Source: an uncultured Gemmatimonadaceae bacterium
GTDB taxonomy: Bacteria; Gemmatimonadota; Gemmatimonadetes; Gemmatimonadales; Gemmatimonadaceae
Length of the DNA: 64,000 nt
Assembly: GCA_963822945.1 (NCBI GenBank)
Contig: CAWGJO010000020.1
Coordinates: 480,001 to 544,000, forward strand
Direction: 5' to 3'
Shown here: positions 1 to 9,328 of the stretch, piece after piece
Layout: the number at the start of each line of letters is the position of its first letter
Position numbering within the stretch: the stretch's first letter is position 1
The notes under the pieces: model-generated
What the model was told of the DNA's origin: nothing
Databases searched by the model: none
What the model saw: the letters and a program-made list of their open reading frames with translations, nothing else
Translations under genes and position numbers: made by a program

Positions 1-1989
1 GCCGACCGCCGGCTGCCCCGGCCAGAGGCGCTCGGCCAGGCTCTTGTCGATGATCTCGACGTTGGGCTCGCTCCGTTCATCCTGAGCGCTGAACGTCTGG
101 CCGGCCAGCATACGAATTCCCAGCACACGAAAGTAGTCGCCGGGAACGTGCCGGCGCTCGATGGTCAGAAACCGCGGTTGACCGGCCATCGGCCCGTCTT
201 CAGCTGCCACGTTGCCGCCGCTCGTGCCGAGGGTGGCCTGCAGCATGCTACCCGATGCAGGAACTGCCGCTTCAACGCCGGGCAGTGCGCGTACCCGTGC
301 CAGCACTGAATTCCAGTAGCCCGCCTCGGACGTCGAGTCGGGATACCGCGCCCGGGGCCACACACTGAACTCCAGCATCCCCGCCGGCGTGTATCCCGGG
401 TCGATGGCCAGCATCTTCAGGAGGCTGTGCGTCGGAAGGCCGGCGCCAATGAGCAACAGGCATGCCACTGCCACTTCGCCCACTACGATCGCCGATTGCA
501 GGCGTCGACCACCGGGACTTCCATGCCCGGCCTGGGAAACTCGACGCAGCGCCCCTGCCAGGCGGGATCTGGTGGTGTGCAATGCCGGCACCACACCGTA
601 GATCAGGCTGGTGCAGAGAATCATCGCGACGCCGAATGCCAGAACTCGACGATCGAGTTGGACCGTGGCGAGCTGCCCCAGTACGTCGGGGTGCGACTTC
701 ACGATCACCTGAAGGGCAGCCCACGCAAGCAGGATGCCGCAGGTCCCGCCTACAATCGCGAGTGTCAGCGATTCGGCCATCAACTGTCGCAACAGCCGTC
801 CGCGCGACGCGCCGAGTGCCGCGCGAATAACGATCTCCTGGGCCCGGCGGCTGGCTCTCACGAGTTGCAGATTCGCCACATTGGCGCACGCGATGAGCAG
901 GACCAATAGTGTGGCCCAGAATAGCGCCCACAGCCCTTCGGTGAACGAGCTGCCCAAGAGCATCGACGGTCGCACCAGCACAGCGGATGGCGCATCGGCC
1001 AACTTCACTGGCCCAGTTGCCGCCATCAGACGATGCATCAGCAGTGTGAGTTCCTGCTCCGCCCGGGTGACCGACACACCGGACTTGAGCAATCCGACGC
1101 CCTGAATGCCCTGCATCGTGGATCCGAGCTTCGCCAGGCGCACTGACGTGATCGGCACCCAGAGGTCCACCTCTTGATAGTCACGCAGCGCGATGAGCTG
1201 TTCTGGAGCGACGCCGATCACGGTGTATGTCGTGTCCTTGATCTTGATCGCCTGCCCGACGACGTCGGACCTGGCCCCGAACTCTCGGCGCCAGAACCCT
1301 TCGCCCAGCATGACTACCCGCGGCGCCCCGCGCGCGGTATCCGCGCTGACGAACGTTCGCCCGAGTACCGAGTGAACGCCGAGCGATTGAAAAAGCGTCG
1401 GGCTGACCCCCGTTCCCGATGCAAAGACCGAGCGGTCCGGCTCGGTCACCAGGCCACCTGCGTATGGATCGAGCAGACTGATGGTCTCGAACGATCCGGC
1501 GTTATGTGCCCAGTTGGCCACATCGTTCGATGTGACCCAATCGCTCACGTCTCTCCCAGGAAACTGCGCCGCGAGAATCACGATGCGATCTTCGTGCGCA
1601 AACGGCAGCGGATGCAGGATCAACCGATTCACGACGCTGTACACCGCCGTCGTCGCGCCTATCCCCAGCGCGATCGTCAACACCGACGTCACCACGAACC
1701 CCGGACTCTTCCGCAGCGACCGCACGGCGTACTTCACGTCCTGCCCGAGTTGTTCCAGCCACCGCACGCCCCGCGCGTCCCGCTGCGCTTCACGGTACTT
1801 CCCCACTCCGCCGAACGCGATCATCGCCTGGCGGTGAGCCTCTTCCCGCGACAACCCCTGCGTGCGCATCAGGTCCTCGGTCTCCATCTCCACGTGGAGC
1901 CGGATCTCCTCGGCCAGCTCGGCATCCATCGAGTCGCCGTGAATGAGCGCGCGCGCTCGACGGCGAAGCCGTTTCACCCAGGTCGGCAC
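1..1989 (-). CDS. ADOP-type (MacB/FtsX duplicated) ABC permease; 3' end runs off the window
   Basis: Not in the ORF track because it has no stop in the window. Manual translation from GTG at 1989 gives ...DAELAEEIRLHVEMETEDL...AFGGVGKYREAQRDARGVRWLEQLGQDVKYAVRSLRKSPGFVVTSVLTIALGIGATTAVYSVVN, the typical ADOP N-terminus. Lies directly downstream of padR. Confidence 0.9.
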   Translation of the reverse strand, partial: MPTWVKRLRRRARALIHGDSMDAELAEEIRLHVEMETEDLMRTQGLSREEAHRQAMIAFGGVGKYREAQRDARGVRWLEQLGQDVKYAVRSLRKSPGFVVTSVLTIALGIGATTAVYSVVNRLILHPLPFAHEDRIVILAAQFPGRDVSDWVTSNDVANWAHNAGSFETISLLDPYAGGLVTEPDRSVFASGTGVSPTLFQSLGVHSVLGRTFVSADTARGAPRVVMLGEGFWRREFGARSDVVGQAIKIKDTTYTVIGVAPEQLIALRDYQEVDLWVPITSVRLAKLGSTMQGIQGVGLLKSGVSVTRAEQELTLLMHRLMAATGPVKLADAPSAVLVRPSMLLGSSFTEGLWALFWATLLVLLIACANVANLQLVRASRRAQEIVIRAALGASRGRLLRQLMAESLTLAIVGGTCGILLAWAALQVIVKSHPDVLGQLATVQLDRRVLAFGVAMILCTSLIYGVVPALHTTRSRLAGALRRVSQAGHGSPGGRRLQSAIVVGEVAVACLLLIGAGLPTHSLLKMLAIDPGYTPAGMLEFSVWPRARYPDSTSEAGYWNSVLARVRALPGVEAAVPASGSMLQATLGTSGGNVAAEDGPMAGQPRFLTIERRHVPGDYFRVLGIRMLAGQTFSAQDERSEPNVEIIDKSLAERLWPGQPAVG

Positions 1990-2002
1990 CGAACGGCTCC
2001 GC

Positions 2003-2332
2003 TCAGGTGGCCTTCAGGATGCGATCCACGGCCGTCGAGAACAGCTTCCACTCGGCACGCTCGGCGGCCAGTCGCTTCTTTCCGTCCGCCGTCAGCGAAT
2101 AGATCTTGGCCCGCCGGCCCTCGGGGCTCGTCCCCCATTCCGCTTCGATCCACCCCTTGTCTTCCAGACGGTAGAGCGCGGGATAGAGGCTCCCCTGCCC
2201 GACGTCGAGCACGTCGCTCGAGAGCTGCCGCAGCCGCTTCGAGATGGCCCATCCGTGGAGCGGCCCCAGCACGAGAGTCTTCAGGATCAATAGGTCGAGC
2301 GTTCCCTGCAGCAGATCGGCGCGTTCCGACAT
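2003..2332 (-). CDS. padR: PadR family transcriptional regulator (Acidobacterial-type)
   Basis: LLQGTLDLLILKTL...HGWAI...GSLYPALYRLE..GWI; ATG at 2332; paired with an ADOP permease. Confidence 0.93.
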   Translation of the reverse strand: MSERADLLQGTLDLLILKTLVLGPLHGWAISKRLRQLSSDVLDVGQGSLYPALYRLEDKGWIEAEWGTSPEGRRAKIYSLTADGKKRLAAERAEWKLFSTAVDRILKAT

Positions 2333-2351
2333 CTCGGCTCCGGGAAGGTGG

Positions 2352-2407
2352 GATACCTTGCCATTCGACAACATGGTGCGGCTTGTATTGTCGGATGTCA
2401 AGGTATC
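2352..2407. promoter_or_regulatory. 20-bp imperfect inverted repeat, probable PadR operator overlapping a TTGACA -35 on the minus strand
   Basis: GATACCTTGCCATTCGACAA (2352-2371) versus the reverse complement of 2388-2407 (GATACCTTGACATCCGACAA): 18/20 match, 16-nt spacer. Confidence 0.6.
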
Positions 2408-2478
2408 AGGGGCCAACCGGCAAACCGTTGCTCGTCGATTCGATTGGCGACCGTTCTCGGCCGATGTATATAGATCGC

Positions 2479-2736
2479 ATGGTTCGAATTCAGCTCGATC
2501 TCGACACGAACATGCACCGCCGCCTCCGCGAGCTTGCGGATCGACAGGGGCGCACGGTGTCGGACCTGGTGCGCGAAGCGGTCGCCCGCACCTACGGCCC
2601 GATCGAAACGGACGCAAGAATCTCGAGCCTCGAGGCAATCAGCGGACTATGGCAAGATCGGGCGGATCTCGGCGCCACCGAAGCGTACGTGGGGCGGCTT
2701 CGGGGCGATACGCGGCGGAAGCGCACGAAGGCGTAG
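2479..2736 (+). CDS. CopG/ribbon-helix-helix antitoxin (VapB-like)
   Basis: MVRIQLDLD...LRELADRQGRTVSDLVREAV RHH pattern; C-terminal GLWQDR; lies upstream of a PIN toxin. Confidence 0.8.
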   Translation: MVRIQLDLDTNMHRRLRELADRQGRTVSDLVREAVARTYGPIETDARISSLEAISGLWQDRADLGATEAYVGRLRGDTRRKRTKA

Positions 2737-3114
2737 CCGGCGTCCTCTACGACTCCGACGTCATCATCGAACTGCTGCGAGGCCGGTCGAAGGTCGTAGA
2801 AGCGGCGCGGCGTCTGGAGAGTTCCGGCGTCCCCACCTCCTGCTCGGCCGTTTCGCTGGCCGAGATCTATGCCGGGATCCGGCCAGGCGAAGAAGCGCCA
2901 ACTCAGGCCTTCTTCGACGCGCGAGGCGAGATTCGTCCTGGACAGCCAGGTCGGACGCGTTGCGGGTTCGTACCTCGCGCGCTTCGCCGGCTCACATGGG
3001 TTGGAGCTCGGCGACGCGCTGATCGCGGCCGCCGCCACGACCTCCGGCGTGCGCCTCTGGACGCGCAATCGTAAACACTACCCGATGGCGGACGTTCGCT
3101 TCCACGACGAGTAG
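2733..3114 (+). pseudogene. vapC: VapC PIN-domain toxin, frameshifted near 2932 (or sequencing error)
   Basis: VLYDSDVIIELLRG...SAVSLAEIYAG in one frame and LELGDALIAAAA...LWTRNRKHYP in another; no canonical start codon (GTA at 2733). Confidence 0.8.
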
Positions 3115-3239
3115 TCGACGGCGGGATCAGCTCGACCGCAGAATCTCCACCGAGTCGGCCGACGACCGCAGGGTGTGCCGCTCTGCATTTCCACACCGTA
3201 TCTTCCCGAAGCCCCCGCCCACCCGCTCCCACCCTCGCC

Positions 3240-4676
3240 ATGCGCCGTCTCCTCTCCCTCGCCGCCCTCGCCGCCGCGCTCCTCGCCCCGGCCACGCGCG
3301 CACTCGCCCAGACCCAGACCCACGACCTCGTCATCCTCGGCGGCTGGCTCTTCACCTCCACCGACACGGTGCGCGTCCACAACCCGGGCATCCTCATCCG
3401 CGCGGGCAAGTTCCAGCGTGTGGGTGGCGATCTCTCCGAAGTCAAACCGGGCGCCGACACGATCCGCCTCACCGACGACGAGACCATCACCCCGGGCCTC
3501 ATCGATCTCCACGCGCACTACCACATGCAGCTCTTCGGCAATGGACGCGTGGACGAAACGGCGGCCTACCCGTCGCTCTTCCTGGCCAACGGCGTCACCA
3601 GCACATGGCCCGCCGGCGAGATGCAGCCCGACTCGATGCGCGCCCTGCGCATCCGCATCGACCGCGGACTCGAGCCGGGGCCGCGGCTCCTCAACTCCGG
3701 CCCCTACTTCGGCAGCGCGCGCCCCGGCTGGTCGCGCAGCATCACCACCGATTCGATCTACGCCGAGGTGGACCACTGGGCCGAGCTGGGCGTGCGCGGA
3801 TTCAAGGCCAAGGGCGTGACGGCCCCTGAACTGGAGGCGCTCATCGACCGTGCGCACCAGCACGGGCTGACGGTCACCGGACACCTCGGCTCCGGCTTCC
3901 GCGGCACCGTGAACCCGCGCGACGCGATCCTCATGGGCATCGACCGCATCGAGCACTTCATGGGCGGCGACGCCTACCCGGCCACCCGCAGCGCGTATGC
4001 GTCCCTCGAGAACTTCACCGATTCGACCTTCGCGTCGCCCGCCTACCAGCGCACCTTCCAGCTCTACATCCGGCACCACGTGTACTACGACGCGACGATC
4101 AGTGCCTACGGGTATTACGGCAAGCGCGATCCGCGGGTGTTCACCTACTTCACCGACGAGAAGCGCTTTCTCACGCCCTACGTGCGCAAGCTCGTCGACT
4201 CGCGTGGCCGCCCGCCGGTGATGGAGCAGTTCGAGAAGATCTACTGGGTCAAGCAGAAGGAGATCAAAGCCTTCTACGATGCCGGCGGCAAGGACCTCAT
4301 CACACTCGGCACCGACCACCCGAGCCACGGCGAGTATCTCACCCCGTTCGCCGTACACCGCGAGCTGCTGGCGTTCGTGCTCTCGGGCATCCCACCGTAC
4401 GCTGCCCTCCGTTTCGCCACCATCAACGCGGCCCACGCGATGGGACTCGGCGACCGACTGGGCTCCATCGAGACCGGGAAATGGGCGGACGCGGTGATCG
4501 TCCGCGGCAATCCGCTGGCCGACATCAAGGCCATGCGCTTCCCGCGGCTCGTGATCAAGGGCGGCATCGTGTTCGACCCGGCGAAACTTTCGAAGGCCGT
4601 CGAAGGCACGATCGGCCCGAAGACACCCGCCGACACCGTGCTCTGGCTGGGAGGAATGCACCTTCCGTATCGGTAG
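3240..4676 (+). CDS. Secreted metal-dependent amidohydrolase
   Basis: Signal peptide; PGLIDLHAH, TGH, IEH, GTDH metal ligands; GSIETGKWAD. Confidence 0.9.
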   Translation: MRRLLSLAALAAALLAPATRALAQTQTHDLVILGGWLFTSTDTVRVHNPGILIRAGKFQRVGGDLSEVKPGADTIRLTDDETITPGLIDLHAHYHMQLFGNGRVDETAAYPSLFLANGVTSTWPAGEMQPDSMRALRIRIDRGLEPGPRLLNSGPYFGSARPGWSRSITTDSIYAEVDHWAELGVRGFKAKGVTAPELEALIDRAHQHGLTVTGHLGSGFRGTVNPRDAILMGIDRIEHFMGGDAYPATRSAYASLENFTDSTFASPAYQRTFQLYIRHHVYYDATISAYGYYGKRDPRVFTYFTDEKRFLTPYVRKLVDSRGRPPVMEQFEKIYWVKQKEIKAFYDAGGKDLITLGTDHPSHGEYLTPFAVHRELLAFVLSGIPPYAALRFATINAAHAMGLGDRLGSIETGKWADAVIVRGNPLADIKAMRFPRLVIKGGIVFDPAKLSKAVEGTIGPKTPADTVLWLGGMHLPYR

Positions 4677-4690
4677 AACTGGAATCATGG

Positions 4691-4727
4691 TTGACAGTTA
4701 CACTTTAGTTCCATATACTTCGTAACT
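4691..4727 (+). promoter_or_regulatory. Sigma70 promoter of the AbrB-Doc TA operon with a possible operator
   Basis: TTGACA (4691-4696), 17 nt, TATACT (4714-4719); AGTTAC/GTAACT inverted repeat at 4696-4701 and 4722-4727. Confidence 0.75.
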
Positions 4728-4785
4728 CGTTCTGCCATAGACAGATATTATCCGGCATTGAACGTCGTTTGCCTCGGAGGGTGCC

Positions 4786-5019
4786 ATGGGGGTACTGACC
4801 AGCAAGACGAGAGCGCAGGGGGCGTCGATCGTGACGACGCTTCCCGCCGAGGTCGCCAGGCGCCTGGGCATTCCCGCCGGCCAGGAACTCGACTGGATCG
4901 AGGATGGGATGGGCGGGTTTCGCGTGGTGCCACACACGGCCGAGCTCGAACGAGCGCTGGACGCGCATGAACAGATCATGGCCGAGTACGACGCCGTGTT
5001 CCGCCAACTGGCCAAGTGA
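4786..5019 (+). CDS. AbrB/MazE-type antitoxin
   Basis: SKTRAQGASIVTTLPAEVARRLGI swapped-hairpin pattern; C-terminal YDAVFRQLAK; GTGA overlap with doc. Confidence 0.85.
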   Translation: MGVLTSKTRAQGASIVTTLPAEVARRLGIPAGQELDWIEDGMGGFRVVPHTAELERALDAHEQIMAEYDAVFRQLAK

Positions 5020-5423
5020 CGGAGCGAAAGCTCTCGGACGAACCCAGATGGATAAGTGAACCGATGCTCGCCGCCATTCACGCTCAGCAGATCGAGCGAT
5101 ATGGCGGCGCGCACGGAGTCGTGGATCGTGGCGTAGTCCAATCTTCGCTCGCGCGTCCAATCAACCGTTGGCACTATGATGCGGGGGCGGACCTCGCCGA
5201 TCTGGCGGCGGCGTACCTGGTTGGATTCGCACGCTCCCAGGGGTTCGTCGACGGCAACAAGCGGACGGGTCTGGCGACGGCGCTCGTGTTCCTGACCGTG
5301 AACGGCAGACCGTTGCACGCCCCCGGCGTCGAGTTGTTTGCCCTGACGATGTCTATTGCCGAAGGCAAGGCGGACGACGCCGTGGCATCGCGCTATCTTC
5401 GTCAACGCCTCTCCGAAACCTGA
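5016..5423 (+). CDS. doc: Doc/Fic family toxin with the catalytic His replaced by Gln
   Basis: AIHAQQIERYGG...SSLARP...QGFVDGNKRTG. Confidence 0.88.
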   Translation: MTERKLSDEPRWISEPMLAAIHAQQIERYGGAHGVVDRGVVQSSLARPINRWHYDAGADLADLAAAYLVGFARSQGFVDGNKRTGLATALVFLTVNGRPLHAPGVELFALTMSIAEGKADDAVASRYLRQRLSET

Positions 5424-5434
5424 ACGAAACTCCG

Positions 5435-5992
5435 ATGCCCGACACCACGAAGCTCGCCTCCCTCCTCGCCCGCCTCTCGTACCGCGAGGGCGACTTCACC
5501 CTCGCCTCCGGCGCCAAGAGCACCTTCTATCTCGACGCCAAGCAGGTGACGTACCATCCCGAGGGCGTCGAATTGGTAGGCAACGCCGTCCTGCAGCTCG
5601 CGCAGGAGTTCGGCGCCCAGGCCGTGGGCGGCCCGACGCTCGGTGCCGACGCGATCGTGTCGAACGCGGTGTACGCGTCCGCCCTCGCCGGACATCCGCT
5701 CCCGGGATTCATCGTCCGCAAGGAGGCCAAACAGCACGGGCTCGGCAAATGGGTCGAGGGCATCGATCCCAGGGGCAAGAAGGTGGTGATCGTCGAGGAC
5801 GTCACCACCTCCGGCGGGTCGCTGCTCAAGGCGGTGGAGCACGTGCGCGAGGCGGGCGCCGAGATCGTGGTCGCGACCGCCGTGGTGGATCGCGAACAGG
5901 GAGGCGCCGCCGCCATCGAAGCGGCGGGCATTCCCTTCCGTCCGCTCTGCACCATCTCGCAGGTGCGCGCGGCGTTCCAGGGCGGCAAATGA
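5435..5992 (+). CDS. pyrE: Orotate phosphoribosyltransferase
   Basis: GDFTLASGAKSTFYLD, RKEAKQHG, VEDVTTSGGS PRPP loop. Confidence 0.95.
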   Translation: MPDTTKLASLLARLSYREGDFTLASGAKSTFYLDAKQVTYHPEGVELVGNAVLQLAQEFGAQAVGGPTLGADAIVSNAVYASALAGHPLPGFIVRKEAKQHGLGKWVEGIDPRGKKVVIVEDVTTSGGSLLKAVEHVREAGAEIVVATAVVDREQGGAAAIEAAGIPFRPLCTISQVRAAFQGGK

Positions 5993-6975
5993 CCAACGAC
6001 TCCCAATCCACCCTCCCCTCGCTCGACGCGCTCGAGGCTGCCGACCGCCTGGTGAAGGCGGTGATGCCCGCGACACCGCAGTACCACTGGCCGCTCATCG
6101 ACCGCCTGGCCGGTACCACGGTGTGGGTGAAGCACGAGAACTACACGCCCATCGGCGCCTTCAAGATCCGCGGCGGGCTCGTGTACATGGACCGGCTCAA
6201 GCGCGCGCAGCCGAACGTGGAGGGCGTGGTCACCGCAACGCGTGGCAACCACGGGCAATCGGTGGCGTTCGCCGCGGCCCGACATGGGCTCAGGGCGCTC
6301 GTCGTCGTGCCGCACCGCAACAGCCGGGAGAAGAACGAAGCGATGCGCGCGCTGGGCGCCGAGCTCATCGAACACGGCGACGACTTCCAGGCATCGCTCG
6401 AGCACGCCGCGGAGCTGGCCCGCCAGCGCGGCTGGCACCCGATGCCGGCGTTCGACCCGGCCCTCGTCGCGGGCGTGGGCACCTACTCCATGGAATTCCT
6501 GCGCGCCGTGCCCGCGCTGCAAACCGTCTACGTGCCCATCGGGCTCGGCTCCGGCATCTGTGGCATGCTCGCCGCGAAGGAAGCGCTGGGACGTGACCTC
6601 GACGTGGTGGGCGTCGTGTCGTCCGCGGCTCCGGCGTACAAGCGCTCGTTGGAGGGCGCCGAACTGGTGTCGTGTCCCGTCGAAACCGTCATCGCCGACG
6701 GCGTGGCCTGCCGCACGCCCAACGCCACCGCGCTTGGCCTCATGCGCGGCCGCGTCGCCCGCGTCGTGGACGTGTCCGACGCCGAGGTGGCGCAGGCAAT
6801 GCGCGACATCTTCGCCGCCACGCACAACGTGGTGGAGGGCGCGGGCGCGCTGGGGCTCGCGGCGCTGCGCCAGGAGCGCGACGCGATGCGCGGCCGCACG
6901 GTGGGGATCGTATTCACCGGCGCCAACGTGGATGCCGACGTGTTCGCGCGGGTGCTCTCGGAGAACGAGGACTAG
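5989..6975 (+). CDS. PLP-dependent threonine/serine dehydratase-like protein (fold type II)
   Basis: KHENYTPIGAFKIRGG, ATRGNHGQ, PIGLGSG; ATGA overlap with pyrE. Confidence 0.88.
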   Translation: MTNDSQSTLPSLDALEAADRLVKAVMPATPQYHWPLIDRLAGTTVWVKHENYTPIGAFKIRGGLVYMDRLKRAQPNVEGVVTATRGNHGQSVAFAAARHGLRALVVVPHRNSREKNEAMRALGAELIEHGDDFQASLEHAAELARQRGWHPMPAFDPALVAGVGTYSMEFLRAVPALQTVYVPIGLGSGICGMLAAKEALGRDLDVVGVVSSAAPAYKRSLEGAELVSCPVETVIADGVACRTPNATALGLMRGRVARVVDVSDAEVAQAMRDIFAATHNVVEGAGALGLAALRQERDAMRGRTVGIVFTGANVDADVFARVLSENED

Positions 6976-6989
6976 CTACACGACGCCGA

Positions 6990-7406
6990 TCACGGCTTGA
7001 ATCCGTTGGATGGCAGCATGATGCCTACCACGCGAACGCCGGCACCCGTGGCGGCGTCGATCGCCGAGAAGACCTGACTGTAGGTCGTGCCCGAGTGGCC
7101 GCCGACCTCGATGATCTTCGTAGGACGGCCCGCATAGATCTCGCGCAGGTAACTCCCGAGCTGGGCCCCGTCGACCGGCACTCCATTCACTCGGTAGGTG
7201 GGCCCGGCAGCCACTTCGAGCACGATGTCCTGGCCGCCTTCACAGCCCCCTCGGCATGATTCGGGAAGTTGCGCGTCCAGCGATCGGTGCACGCGGATTG
7301 ACGCTGCCATGAAGATCACGAGCAGCACGAGGAGTACGTCGAGCATCGGGGTCACGTTCATCTCGAATCGCGGCGAGAGACTGGCGACGTTCCGGCGAGT
7401 GGGCAT
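6990..7406 (-). CDS. exbD: ExbD/TolR family biopolymer transport protein
   Basis: EMNVTPMLDVLLVLLVIFM; GGAGG RBS before ATG at 7406. Confidence 0.88.
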   Translation of the reverse strand: MPTRRNVASLSPRFEMNVTPMLDVLLVLLVIFMAASIRVHRSLDAQLPESCRGGCEGGQDIVLEVAAGPTYRVNGVPVDGAQLGSYLREIYAGRPTKIIEVGGHSGTTYSQVFSAIDAATGAGVRVVGIMLPSNGFKP

Positions 7407-7547
7407 GGCTGCCTCCGGCATGACGTTGCCCGCAGGATACGCCTGCCGGATGAGGCCCTCGTGACACCGGAATGAAGAATCCGTGAACGCCGGATGACTT
7501 CTTGATTTCGGTGCAGACGCACTGGGCGCCGGCAACGCGGCCCCGCT

Positions 7548-7970
7548 CTACTCCGCTTCCTTCACCGCCGGACTGCCGGTATCGCGCCGGTGCTCGCGCA
7601 ACGCCGTGCGTGCCTCGGTCGCGAGTTGCTGGTAGCCGCGCTTGATGCGTGCCAGTTCCTGATCCTCGAGTTCCTCGAGGTCGAGCAGCGCATTGTGCGC
7701 ACCCTTCATCGCCCGAATCAGTTCGTCGAGTTTCACCTGGATGGCTTCCGTATCTCGGTTCTGCGTATTCTGAATCAGGAAGACCATCAGAAACGTCACG
7801 ATCGTGGTGCTGGTGTTGATCACCAACTGCCAGGTGTCGCTGAAATGAAACAGCGGGCCCGTGACGCCCCACACCACGATGATCGCCACCGCCAGCACGA
7901 AGGTGACCGGCCGGCCCGTGGTTCGGGACGCCCACTTCGCCAGACGCTTGAACCGGGATGGACCCATCAT
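7548..7970 (-). CDS. Low-affinity iron permease family (Fet4-like) small membrane protein
   Basis: FSDTWQLVINTSTTIVTFLMVFLIQNTQNRD..AIQVKLDELI signature. Confidence 0.9.
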   Translation of the reverse strand: MMGPSRFKRLAKWASRTTGRPVTFVLAVAIIVVWGVTGPLFHFSDTWQLVINTSTTIVTFLMVFLIQNTQNRDTEAIQVKLDELIRAMKGAHNALLDLEELEDQELARIKRGYQQLATEARTALREHRRDTGSPAVKEAE

Positions 7971-8019
7971 GCTGCCTCCACGCCTGCGGTTGGCCGGCCG
8001 GAACGGTCGGGGGTGTCGT

Positions 8020-9270
8020 TCAGGGATCGTATAGCAGGTACGGTCGCGTGGCCCCGGAAAATGACTTCGACTCCGCCGCGAGCCGAGGCAGCAACTGTGC
8101 CACCGTCCCCGCATCCACGGCCTTTCGCAGCGCGTCGCTCCCGGCCAGCTCGTCCATGTGCGGCAGCAGCCATTCGAAATCCGCCGGGTGGCGGCGGCGG
8201 ATGATCTGCAGCATGTACGCCGCCACCTGCACCGGCTTCACACGATCAGCATCGGTGACGGCGACGTGCAGCATCGGGATCGTCTGGCCGCCCCACTTCT
8301 GCCCGGCGGCAATGGTGCGCGACGTGGAGTCGAAGCGCACCCCACCCATGTTCAGCAAGTTCAACTCGCGGGCGATCTCACCCGCGTCGGTGAGCCACCC
8401 GGCCCCGACGAGCTGAAAGGGCGCCTCGGTGCCGCGCCCCTCGCTCAGGTTGGTGCCCTCGAAGAACACCGTGCCAGGGTAGAGCGCGAGCGCGTCTTGC
8501 GATCGCAGATTCGGCGACGGGTTCACCCAGGGAAGTCCGGTCGCGTCGTACCACATCGAGCGGTGCCACCCCTGCATGGGCACCACGTGCACGTCGGCGT
8601 GTACCTGCCCCGTCCCCACGAGATATCGGAGCAGCTCGCCCGGCGTGAGTCCATAGCGCAGCGCCACGGGATACTGCCCGACGAACGACCGGTACGCCGT
8701 GTCGAGCACGCCGCCCTCCACGCGGTCGCCGCGGATCGGGTCGGGGCGGTCGAGCACCACGAACGGCACGTGCGCCCGTCCCGCGGCATCGGCCGACAGC
8801 GCCATCGTCCAGACGTAGGTGTAGAAGCGCGCGCCGGCATCCTGGATGTCGTACAGCAACACGTCCACGCTGTCGAGCATTGCCGGCGTGGGCGCGTGCA
8901 CGGCGCCGTACAGCGAATAGATGGGCACCCCGGTCGCGGCGTCGGTGTCCGAAGCGATCTTCGTGCCGGCTTCGGCCGTGCCGCGGATGCCATGCTCCGG
9001 AGCGAACAGCGCCACGAGCTTCACCCCCGGCGCGTGGGCCAGGAGATCGATGTCGCTCCGCCCCTCCCGGTCGCGTCCGCTCTGGTTGGTGATCAGCCCG
9101 ACGCGCTTGCCGCGCACCAGCGACAGCGAATCGCGGAGCAGGACTTCGATGCCGGGTACGACGACGCCGGCGCTGTGTTGCGCCGGCGCGGTGTTGCTGC
9201 ACCCGGCCGCCGCGGCGATCACCAGCGCGGCGAGGCCGCAGCGGACGGGGAATCGAGCGTTCGAGATCAC
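8020..9270 (-). CDS. namZ: Exo-beta-N-acetylmuramidase NamZ (DUF1343), lipoprotein
   Basis: Lipobox AAAGC; VGLITNQSG, LFAPEHG, DIQDAGARFYTY, PSPN, EGRGT. Confidence 0.9.
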   Translation of the reverse strand: MISNARFPVRCGLAALVIAAAAGCSNTAPAQHSAGVVVPGIEVLLRDSLSLVRGKRVGLITNQSGRDREGRSDIDLLAHAPGVKLVALFAPEHGIRGTAEAGTKIASDTDAATGVPIYSLYGAVHAPTPAMLDSVDVLLYDIQDAGARFYTYVWTMALSADAAGRAHVPFVVLDRPDPIRGDRVEGGVLDTAYRSFVGQYPVALRYGLTPGELLRYLVGTGQVHADVHVVPMQGWHRSMWYDATGLPWVNPSPNLRSQDALALYPGTVFFEGTNLSEGRGTEAPFQLVGAGWLTDAGEIARELNLLNMGGVRFDSTSRTIAAGQKWGGQTIPMLHVAVTDADRVKPVQVAAYMLQIIRRRHPADFEWLLPHMDELAGSDALRKAVDAGTVAQLLPRLAAESKSFSGATRPYLLYDP

Positions 9271-9328
9271 GACCTGATATTACGTGGATCGCGATCTCCG
9301 TGGGAGACGGTGCGGCGGAACCCTCGGC

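Noticed and set aside
1174..2478. N-terminal 435 aa of the 520-aa ORF 1174-2736
   Set aside because: Antisense to the ADOP permease and padR; only the last 85 aa (RHH antitoxin) look real.
2400..5430. Mobile element or genomic island carrying the two TA modules
   Set aside because: No integrase, transposase, tRNA or flanking direct repeats were recognised.
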